From: Paraspadella gotoi
Taxonomy: Eukaryota; Animalia; Chaetognatha
Length of the DNA: 64,000 bases
NCBI GenBank assembly: GCA_051294375.1
Contig: CM119263.1
Span: forward strand, 13,594,414 to 13,658,413
Direction of reading: 5' to 3'
Positions within the stretch are counted from its first letter, which is position 1. Each line of letters opens with the position of its first letter. This document shows, one piece after another, positions 52,797 to 64,000 of this stretch. Made by a program: the position numbers and the translations under genes. The notes under the pieces were generated by a model, which was given only the letters and a program-made list of their open reading frames with translations, was not told the DNA's origin and made no database searches.

Positions 52797-53981
52797 AGAA
52801 AGAAAGAAAGAAAGAAGAAAGAAAGAAAAAAAAAAAACAGACAATAAAAAGTATTGCAAAGAAAAACAAGAATGAAAGCCAAAAAAAATATATATAATAG
52901 ATATAACATCTTTTTAAAACCATTTCAGGCGAACTACGAAAACAATTAGAATCGACGAACTCGGACTTGGAAAAGTCGCAACATCGAGTCTCGGCTCTGG
53001 AAGACACGGTAAGGCTGAGACGAGTTTCGACCCCCCTCTACCACCACCCTGTCAGATTTTACCCCCTCAATGCCCCCTGTCAGTTTCGGCCCCCTTTACC
53101 GCCCCCCTGTCAGTTTCGACCCCCCCCCTGTCATCGGATTGGATCATCGAACCTAATTTCTCTGTTTTGGCGACTCGACTCTTTTTTGTCATTTTTTCCG
53201 ATACGACCGAAAGCAGAAGGACGAAATGTTTTGAGTCTTCGGGGAAAAAAAGCAAGTTGCGTTAATTGGATTTGCTGTTTTCGCTTCCCGCGACTCCTCG
53301 CCCTGGGGAAAGGTTTACGTTCCTCGTTTAAGACCGAGGAAGCGAAACCCGATTTTCGGCCATGCTGATTTCGAAGTGTATTAACTCCTTGGACCCCCCC
53401 CCCTCCATCTCACAGACTTACAGAAATCAATGTTGCGATTCCGATGGTAGTCATTTCCATTTCCAATCAACTAATTAACTTTTTGCGTCATTTATCGACT
53501 CTTTCGCTTGACGCTCTTCGTTTCGCATTAATTCTGTTAGGTGGCGCGGCTCGAGGCTCAGTTGAAGAAGTACAGAGAATCGCGGGACTCCACGCCGTCA
53601 AAATACGATTACGTAAGCGAAAAATCAATTGTATTTGATCCAAATGAAATTCATTGCAGTGAGTTGATCCTGTTTTATACATATTGCCTCGACTCTAGAG
53701 TGAAATGATTTCGGGATTTTTTTTTTTGAGAATAACAGTTGAGATTGAGATAAATGCGAAGTCTTTCTCGTAATGAGAATAACAATAAATAGTAAGTATA
53801 AAATATAAATAAATGGTTGTCCAAGAACGGCTGAAAATTTTGCTTTTTTTAGATTTGGTTTTATTTAGTTTTTGTATTTTTTTTTTTCTTGACAAAAAGT
53901 ATGAGGGTCAAAAGGGGAGCGGTTTCTAATCAGCATGTGGCCGAGTCGACATGTGGCCTCAAGCTGGCGAATTTGTCCGGA

Positions 53982-54013
<32 letters not shown>

Positions 54014-54023
54014 CTCTCTCTCC

Positions 54024-54058
<35 letters not shown>

Positions 54059-56671
54059 CTATTTCCTCCCCTCGTTCCTTCCCTCCTTTCCTCCGTTTCA
54101 TGGAGATTTTCCATTTTCTTCGAGCGGATTTTCTGTCGAATCACGCGATCCACGTGACAGACGCGAAACGCGTCACGTGATCACCGCGGGTGCGTGTCGA
54201 GCAAGAAAATGACGCGGGTCGCCAGACGGAGAACCTGATTTGTCATATTAGTGTGGATATAAAAAATAAAACCTGCGTAAGCTACTGGCATATTAAATCA
54301 AAAAAAATATACTCATTTCGATTCGCAATTCAATTTGATTAGAAGTGACGTGGTTCTTCTGATTGAGTCTTCTATTCTTAGTCTTTCTCTACTATTCTAT
54401 CCCGCCTCTCTTCTTTGGTTGATCAGCTAATCCTTTTCATTGTCTCCTCAATTTTATTTGTCAATTCCTTCATTCGAGCCTTTAATTTTTATCATTCGTT
54501 CCATTCATTCCATTTCAACTTTCCAGTCGCGACGTCGGGTGGCGCCAGCACAATTAAAGCCGTTGTACGCGAGACAACGGATCAAACGGAACGCGAAAAA
54601 TTTTCAGACTCATAGAAATGGCTGGAGGCGATAAAGTCTTAGTCTTACCCATCCGACCGTTTCGCCTTACCCCCGTTTCTCCCTAAGACTCTCCGTTTCT
54701 GAAAATTAAAAACTTGAAATGTTTCTCCCTACTTTGCCCCACGGCTCACTCTCCCTTTTCCTCAACGATCTCTGCCTTTCTCCAATTCTTGCAATAAATT
54801 TTGTTCCACTTCTCAGCGTTTCCAATTCTTTCTCGGTGCGAGCACTCTGTGGTTGCGTTATATTGTCAGTCGTCTCTTATGTAAATATGAAAGTTGAAAA
54901 ATTACTTGTTTCACTATCTTTTTTTTTATTTTTTAGATTTAAAATAACTCATATTTATGATTTTATTTATTTGTTAAATATTTTTGTGTTAAATATTTAA
55001 ATATATTATTTTTTATCTGTTTGGGATGGCGACGTTAGTGTTGTCTTCTGGAAATAGAGGGTGCATCTACACAACACAAGGTTAAATTATTTTCTGTTGT
55101 ATTTATGTTTATTGCAGGTCTTAAAAACTGAATTAAGAAATGGTGTTTTTTTAATTAATCCAAACTATCTCCTATCATGATACACTTTTGAACATTTTTT
55201 TCCTGTCGAAGAAATCGAGTTCAACTCTACTTTCGCCGCAAACGGACCGCTCCGTATTTTGAATAAAATATATTTCCACTCCGGCACAATACAATTTGCA
55301 AATTCTAAATTTCATAATTTTTCAAATGATCTATTTCGATTTTAAAAATTACGAGTTTTTTAATTCCGGTGATAAAATGATTAAAATGATTAAAATTTAT
55401 TATGTGAATTATTATAAATATTTATAAATATAAATAAGTATAGATTTATTCTGCCTCGAATTCATTTGAAAGTAATTCGAAAGTTTTGTTCTCACGCGTT
55501 GTCCTTTTGTCCTCGCAACGAGAGCAGAACGTTAATAACTCGTTAAATTCCGCAACTTGTCGTTAGGGATCTTATTTATTTTCTTTCGCTCTTTTTCTCT
55601 GTCACAGACTCAGGCGGTTATTCGTTTTGCCGTTCTTGTTAAGACGTTAGTATATATCCGTTGGGTTCGAACGGTTCTTTTGCTATGTTAATTTTTGCTA
55701 TCCTTATTTTCGAAAAATCTATGATTGTTAATTAAAACTTTACGAACATCCTAACATCATAAACTTTTTTCATCATTTTTTTTTGTTTTTAGTTGTTGTT
55801 TTTTTTTTGTTTTGTTTTTTTTGTGTTTTTTTTTCTGGTGAATGAGCTCCCGGTCTTCTGCTCTGGCTTCAACCGATAGTCCTTAATAATTTCAATTTAA
55901 AAGAGAGAAACGAACGAACTACTCTTCTCGTAATTTAAGGAGAGAGTAGTTCTTCCATACTTCCCCTTTTCCAACCGCGAATGACACAAAAAAATATTTC
56001 AATCAGATATAAAAATATCATTAGTCGAAAAAACATTCGTTTACTAATCTAATCGATGTTTTTGTCGAAAACGTTAAAATTACAATAGAAATAACAAAAG
56101 AAAGAAAATTTTATATTATAAGATAGCCGCCGAAATGAGGGTCTTTTTGTCAATTCGAAGTTAGAATTTTTTAATTAATTTTCATTTAAAAACAGATGAA
56201 GATAAAATAAATGATTGTCTTTGTTTCATTCGATTGGACACAGGGTATCACTTTTTTCACTTCGTCCCATTAAAGTATCAACAATTTTACTGCGTGATGT
56301 AGAAACTGTCTGCAATGCGGTTGCAAAATGAAGTATCCATTAGCCAACCCCGCAACGTACAATTCCGTCTCCACGTTTTCCCGCCAAATCTCGCTGCGTG
56401 ATATTTCGGTCGAGTGCGGATTCACACCCCGCCGTCAAGCATTTCATGGTCTACTCCATCTCCCTACCTTCCAAGTCTGGGAAAAAGTATACCCTGTCTT
56501 CCTCACCGCACCCAAAGCCCACTTGCAAACCCTGCATTCCCCACCGCCACGGTTGCCCTCGTTGGAAAGCGGGAGGGCGAAGAACCGGGGGCAAAAACCA
56601 AGGAATTGTCCGGTGGACATAATCGTGACAAATGAGGTTTCGGACGAGCGGACTCGTTGGACGAGAAACGA

Positions 56672-56763
<92 letters not shown>

Positions 56764-57113
56764 GAATTTGGATGGAGAGAGTTGACCCGACGAAAGACAG
56801 GGGCGGGGGAAACGAGGGTCTAGTCTTATGACGAAGAAGAGGGGGTCGGGGTTGACCGGATGGGATCGGGAAGAGCGGCCTCGGAGGAAGAGGAGTTCGA
56901 TGACCCCCGTGAGAGACAGTGGCTGAGAGAAGTGGGAGGAGAAACGTAACCTCGTCGCAGAGAAATTCAATCGATCCATCATATTCGATCAAGAGAAGTT
57001 TAGGCTTGGGGGAACTTTTTTCTTTTTGGGTGCTCTCTCATTACTTGTGAGTGGGAGCGTGAAAGAAGGATGAAAACTGTAGGTAAAACGAGAGAGAGAG
57101 AGAGAGAGAGAGA

Positions 57114-57169
<56 letters not shown>

Positions 57170-58491
57170 AGGAGAAAGGAGAGAAGAAAACAACATTACT
57201 ACTTTTCATTTAGGCGTTTTTTATGATGTTGACTTATTTATTATTGGGCTAAAGTAAAGATCAAGCAGCTGTGATAAGTAAACTGAGTCGTGTCGATATT
57301 TACTGAGTTACTGAGTTCATAGCCTGACCAAAAAGTTTCAAAAATTATTAATTAAAAATTGAAAACGTTTATTTTATAAATTAAATTATAGTTTTTCCGC
57401 AAAACCTAAAGTTCACAAGAACACCTAAAACTTAACGCCGGTTTGAAGTCGCCCCCAAAACCATTTTGTTTTTGTTTACCCATCTTTCAGTCGAGTGACG
57501 CTAACGGTTACGCGTCATCGTCGCTTCGTCGGTCGTCGTCTCGGAGTCGCGCTACCACGCCCACCGGTGTCATTTATAACGGCGCCTCTTCCGGGTGAGG
57601 AGCAAAGCATTTCGCAAGTTTTTTTGTTTTTTTCTTGAGACACTTCAGCTTCCGTGATTCAGTAAAAACTTATAAGTCAGTTTGTAATTACATGTTTGAA
57701 ATCGTAATTTATTTTAAACGGAGAAGAAATATGAAAATTAGAAAGGAAGTCAGAATTTAATCATATTCAGAATATTATTCACGTATTCAATTTTCAATAT
57801 AGTTTCAATATACTCCCAGTATATTATTGGTCTTTTCATACAATTGAAAGTTTGAAACATTCTTTGAAACATTATACCACTTCATTGATAGGGAAGCCAG
57901 GTTCTCAGGGACCTGCTATGTCATTATCTTGTAAGAGTGATGGAGGCCTTAAACCACCAAAGCATGTCCAAAGTCAGGAGCAATATAGCTTATTTATTAA
58001 ATGAATGGATATTTTTTATATTGGTTGTACCAATTTCAGACAATATATTCAAGTATATTTAAGTAAAGATTGTATAATTAACAAAAAAATTACATTTAAT
58101 ATTTTTTTTTTATGATCTATGATCATGACATCTAGAGAGTATTTGATACGTATTAACGTTGTAGCGAAATAATTTTTAAATGAAAACACACAGATTTCAT
58201 ACTTTCCCTTTCTGCTTGTTTTCGAAACTTTTTTTTAAAACTGTTAAGTATTTATTTTATAAAACTAATATATCGCTTACCCCCAGCTATTCAAGCGTCG
58301 TGTCCCCAATCTACGAAACGAATAGAAGGTCAACGACATCGATTCTCTCCGAACTTCCGCCCTCCGGTTCGACGAGCGGCTTCCGTGACCGCAGCGCCGC
58401 CTCCAGCGTCTCCACTCTCCCCAGAAGCGATCGGCACTCGGCTTCGAGGACGTTCGGCGGTCGGAGCGCCAGTACGAGTCGATTCAAATAA
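48222..58491 (+). CDS. LRRFIP: Leucine-rich repeat flightless-interacting protein (LRRFIP1/2 family)
   Basis: Exons 48222-48338, 49041-49127, 50355-50516, 51334-51597, 51769-51932, 52316-52476, 52929-53008, 53541-53612, then probably 57491-57594 and 58287-58491. Motifs EARDARMK, ELEEKYRKAMIQIAQLDNEKQVLLYRVD, AAAMLEKCGEGSLEARLRKFAAEKEDLREQIRKLK, VARLEAQLKKYR. The last two exons are phase-consistent but less certain. Confidence 0.88.
53045..53135. repeat. Minisatellite of CCCCCTGTCAGTTTCG-containing units (~4 copies) in an LRRFIP intron
   Basis: CCCTGTCAG recurs at ~25-bp intervals. Confidence 0.75.
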
Positions 58492-60115
58492 TCGTGGAGC
58501 TCTTTGGAGAGAAGGAAAAACTTTCTAACGACTGAGCGCCAAAAGTCAAAAAGCATGTTTGCCCCGCTGTCGCTTTAACAGCTTTGGACTCTCGTGGAAT
58601 CTCACACGCTTTCTCTTCTCCCTTTAGCGTCATTTCAGGGCGATGCAACCTGTTAGTCATTTCAAGAAATCCTTATCCCCGAACAATAAATGACAATCGG
58701 AAGTTTTTGAATTTAGAGTTTTCATTTAATGACTGACTCATGAATATAAAAAATCTACGTTATAAATTTAAGGTGAAAACCATACAAATTTACACAATGT
58801 GATAGAAAAACGGCGATGATTGAAAATATGAAGAAATCTTAATCATCGAAGAACGGTCCCAAATAAATGGATTTATGGTTTCAGTTACTTCTCAGATATG
58901 ATTAGCAATCCTAACAACTTTCTAAATTTTTAGTGATTACTTATTTTCTTTTGACTTTGATATAAAATTTAATCTATAGCTGTTTTTCCCTAGTCTCCAT
59001 TGTTCAATTTTATAAAATGTAATTTAATTTTTTTTTGTTATTACATATGAGAAGCACATTCTTTCTCCTTCTTATCAAAACTTTCCGTCATGCTTAATAT
59101 GCAGTTTATTCAGTACATAGAGTCGTACTGGTACCAAGAAGCTTTCATTGCACAGTGCACGTAGCATTTTGATAATGAAAAAAATTAATTTAGCTTTTAA
59201 AAATGACTTAAAAATAATGTTTTTTTTTTAATTACAAAGCGTATTTTATGACAATTTTGTTAAGAATCTCAACATTTATTTCGATGCTCGTTATTTTTAT
59301 CTGTTCTGATCGAATGTGTACTTTGTTTGTTCGACATTTTGCAACGGCTCATGGTTTCTCTTTCGTTTCTTTTATGAAACAAAAATGACGAGATAAAACA
59401 AAAGACTGGAATTTAATAGAAAATAATTTCATTCAAGAGAGACATAGTGCCTTAGTGGAACCGTATACAACTTGAATTAAAATTTTCGTTCAAAAATAGA
59501 AAATTTAAAAAGATATTTTATTTAAAAAGTTACCCTTAAATGATGAATAAAATATTAAAAAATTCTTATTTAGTAACCGTCAAGAGTATTATGAAATTAA
59601 TACAACCAATATATTTTTTATTTTCCAGGTTTTTAATATATTCTAGTGCTCTAGTGCTCTTGTTATCATACTATTGACACATTAATTAAGTTTCAAACAG
59701 TTTTTACCTTTAGCAATGTCTAATTCTTCAATAAAAACTATTCGTCAGAGAAACGATAACAAACAACAAACTCTCTCTTGACTGAATTATGTATGTTTAA
59801 AAATTCCTCAAACACCCACGATGACAAATATCTTCTCTCAAGACGATCACCCATCGGCTTTGAATAATTCAAAAGTTAATTATGACAATGTTTTAATCCC
59901 TCGAGATCTTATTTTTTCGTTCGCCTTACTTGTGTATTTATTATAATTTCCCTTTCTCTTTTACTTGAGTCTTGACATCCTTTTAAAGTTTTTTTCAACC
60001 CGTTCACAGCTTTCTTCACACCTCGTTTCGGTTTTCGAGATGATTTATTCGGTGTCGGCGTCGATTGTTCTTCTGTTTTTCTCGTCATCTCTTTCTCTCT
60101 CTCTCTCTCTCTCTA

Positions 60116-60222
<107 letters not shown>

Positions 60223-60968
60223 ATATCTCTCTCTCCCCTCTCTCTGACAAACACATATTCTAAAAATTATTTTGTTTATTTTTTCTTTTCAAACTTTGAC
60301 GACGGAATCGTGAGACCACAGTTGAAGCTTCGCTATCTCTTAAAAATTGAAAGGTTATGGCGTGGAAGGCTCGGGTAGAGGGAGAAGGAGGCCCAGTTTG
60401 GTAATGAATTCTTTTCTTGTATGATATGCAAAGACGTCAGGTCATTTTCTAATTTTTACTTAAATTTGTGATCCTACATTATGCGTTTAATATTAGATTC
60501 TTAAGCTTTTTATTTCGAAATAAGTATTATAATTATACATACTTATTTCTAATAAAAAGCTTTCAAAACTAAACGACTGTTGGGCATAAAAATCAGGTCC
60601 AATATTGTGTTATAGTAGTTTTTATTAACTTGAAGAGAGAAATCTGACTTTACATCAGTCAAAATAATAGTATTTTCGCAAACAGATTTTTCTTTCTTTT
60701 TTTTATTTGAAAAAGGCGAGCACAACAGTTGTCAAGGTAAATTCTCTGATTCCATAACAACTATAAAAATGTCAAGATTTTGAGCGTCCGAAAACGAATT
60801 TTACAATCAACGTCGAACTTTCATCACATGGGAGTTTTTCCTTTTTTTTTATTTTTCTTTATGAATTATATTTCTTCCTGTAATTTTGAGTTCAGAAGTT
60901 GTCTACTAAGAGACGAATCGGCCGGTGGCAGGGGCATCTTGCCCCCAATTTCTTCTTTCGGCCAATGA

Positions 60969-61035
<67 letters not shown>

Positions 61036-61064
61036 TTTTCTTTCTGTGAGATTGTTCGTTCTTG

Positions 61065-61127
<63 letters not shown>

Positions 61128-62526
61128 TCATCTCGCTTCGAAATATATATAATCATGTTTCATTAATAAAAATGCCCGCTTTCTTTGATTTTTTTCTTTT
61201 AATTTCATAAAGAATCTTTTAATGGCCTTTTTAGCGCTTAAAGCATTGATTAAATACAGACATTATATTCTATTATTCCGACTCTTTTTTCCGATTCGAG
61301 AAGGATGCATCTAAATTCATAAAGGGATGGATTTGAGCTCCATCCATCAAAAGAGAATAAAAGAGGCGATATTCCTGTCGGCTGAGGCGCCGGCTCGGCG
61401 TGACGGTTCGGAGAGAAATCGGAACAGTAAAAAAAAAAAAATATGAAAAAAAGGACAAAAAGAAAATAGAAAGCGAAGAGTTATAACGATTGAAAGATAA
61501 AAATTACAAAGAATGTGAGGAGGAATTGTATATAGAACAATGACTTAATAAAACAAAAAAAGATTAACGGGATAGCCGGTAATGCCAGTAATTTACTCCC
61601 TTTGTTTATTTCAACCACTTTGCTTTTGTTAGGTTGCATATCTGCGGCGAGAATATACGATAAATCTTCGTGACCTTTTTTTTTTTCTTTAAACTAAAAA
61701 TTAAGTTGATTCTCAAATTTAATCACGTGACCTAAAAATGGTTATTTAGTGAATCAAAGCATAAGTATCGAAAATAATTTTTTTATTAGGTTCATTTTCC
61801 ATTTAGGCTCCAGTTTTCTTTTCTGCATCGTTGCGCGACTTTATACTCATGTGCAAAAAAAAACCAAAAAAAACGCGCCACTTTATAACTTAAAATACCA
61901 GATTCTCCCTAAAAATATTTAAAAATGATATGAGAAAAAGAAAGTTTTTTAAAAAAATGAAGCTTGTGTATAAATTTTATTATAATCGGTCAAGTGGTTT
62001 AACAGATATGATTTTTTAAACTTAAGTATTCCAAAACAAAAAGGGAAAATTGTATTTTCTTTAAAAGCTTCAGAATCATTGACCTTGTTTTCATCTGATT
62101 TTTTATTAATTTTAAAAATATTATCTACGGATCTGGGTCGATCCACTTGTCCAGCCATAATTCCAGATGACCAGTACATTTTTTTTTCTTTTTTAATCAA
62201 TTACAAATAACATAAAATATCAGAATAAAGAAGATTAATCGTAAATGAATCAAATTTCTTCACGTTTAATTTTTCTGTGATTTATTTCATTTTAAAAAAT
62301 CACTGCTCCTAAATGAATAGCCCGATTTTTATAAAACTTATGCCAAACTCTTTATCTTTCAATTTACTTATAAATTTGTAAAAAAAATCAAAATAGACAG
62401 GATATTTTTAAAGACTCATATAAAGTGGCTCGTTTTTTTTTGTTTTTTTTTTCTTTTTTGCACGTGACTGAAGAGTCATTCATCTTCTGGTCTTATCTGT
62501 CTGTCTGTCGTCTTCTCTCACTCTCT

Positions 62527-62611
<85 letters not shown>

Positions 62612-63764
62612 ACGCTTTCCATGGACGCGGTCCACTTGTTTGTCTTCCAACCGTCGAAAATCTTTTAGCTAATAAGCTTCCAGCGCCTCCCTGATTCGGC
62701 GGTGGGCCACGACCGGTGCGCGGCTGGCGGCGCGTCTGCAGATTTTGCTTCTGTCAATATGAGAGACAACGATCATTGCGACACATCGGCAAACACCGAA
62801 AAGGTCTGTTGCCTCGATGGAAAGAGAAGCAGTTGCAACCGACGCGCGCAGCAACTTTTGCAACGCAAACTACGAAATTTCGGCCCGCGCGATTTGGATT
62901 CGTCTTTTACGGGCCGTTAAGGGATCGAGAGGATTAGAAAGATTTTCTTTTTTCAAATCGCCCTCCCGGCAACTAATAACTCACCGGTTTTAATTGCTCA
63001 CAATAGAAAAAAAAAAAGAGAAGAAATTAGATTCTCACCGAGCGATTAATCGTAGTCCGTTTCTTTGGCGATAAGGGATAAGATTAGGATTTATTATTGG
63101 GTGGAGGAGGTTAGAAGAAGAAGGAAAGAAAAGAGAGAAGAGCAGGATAGTAGAAAAGATAGAAGACAAAGAAATAGGCGAGAGGACCTCTAAAAAAAAA
63201 AGAGAAGTGAAAGAACGGCTCAACGAAACCAAGAGAGAGAGAGAGAGAGGGGGGGAAGAGTCAAAATGAACGTTCAGTTTACTGAGAGAGGGGGGAATAT
63301 AGCCTTATAGGATACTTTGTTGACTCAGTCATTTCCTTTCCTCGACGAGGGAGAAAGCCTCTCGAAATGAACGAATAATGTCTGACTTTAGTGGGAGGGT
63401 CTGACCGGCCACCCGGGGTCAGACCGTCCTTGAGCTTGGAATTATATCAGAAATTTTGAGATTATTCTGATAAAAAGCTGTACTAGATAAACTTTTAACG
63501 GCTTTTAATCATATTGGTACATGGTAATCATTTTTTTCGTAAATACATAAATTGAAAGGAGTAATGTAAAAATATGGAACGTAAAGCTTGCAAGAAATAA
63601 ATTAATTCCAATCAGTTTACTTTTGAATCGTAGATATACAACAGTTAACTCAGCGATCGATAGATCAACTGCTGCACCCGTGATCCCGCGGGTTAATGTG
63701 AGCAGATTCTGAGAAAAACGATTTCGGATGAACCATTTGGTCAGATTTTTAGTTGCCACGGAGC

Positions 63765-63819
<55 letters not shown>

Positions 63820-64000
63820 GAGACCTCACGCGGTCCAAGTAAAAAGACGATTAACCTTTTAAGTAAAAAAAAACAAAAGCAAATCGGATTCCTCGTCCAC
63901 GAAAAAGACGAAGACGAAAACGACAACGACGACGAAGACGACTAAGACGAAGACGACGACGACGACCGCAGCCGGATGAGCCGCCGAGAGAGAAAATCCA

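Noticed and set aside
18987-53135. Short repeat arrays as CRISPR-like loci
   Set aside because: The context is eukaryotic and intron-rich. The repeats are contiguous minisatellites without unique spacers, and there are no cas genes.
56328-56992. GC-richer block with ORFs on both strands inside an LRRFIP intron
   Set aside because: The ORFs run through an (AG)n tract, with no recognisable motif or phase-consistent exon.
62669-62937. Short GC-rich ORFs near the window end, and the hairpin GGTCTGACC...GGTCAGACC at ~63400
   Set aside because: No recognisable homology or splice structure; too little evidence for a call.

Overview
Eukaryotic (invertebrate metazoan-like) genomic window with AT-rich introns, GC-rich exons, dense (AG)n/(AAAG)n microsatellites and three N-gaps. 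Seven spliced genes were reconstructed by hand from splice sites and phase matching. Four belong to known families: a GT92-family glycosyltransferase (minus strand; its 3' half is duplicated in tandem and its DxD motif is replaced), ILK (minus), UGCG/ceramide glucosyltransferase (plus; ~150-aa insertion) and LRRFIP (plus; divergent C-terminus). Three have no recognisable family. The most interesting signal is a tandem pair of diverged paralogous type I membrane proteins (425-3894 and 5290-8104). Their ectodomains appear built from Tudor/SH3-like beta-barrel repeats, and their tails carry many phosphotyrosine-type motifs (YDxP, IYA) plus PPPLP or PDZ-binding motifs, making them a candidate undescribed receptor family. 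The third is a small orphan type I membrane protein. Also found: a minimal hammerhead ribozyme, several MITEs, a triple CCAAT box with exact 40-bp spacing, and signs of local assembly error. All assignments come from reading the sequence by eye; no database searches were run.
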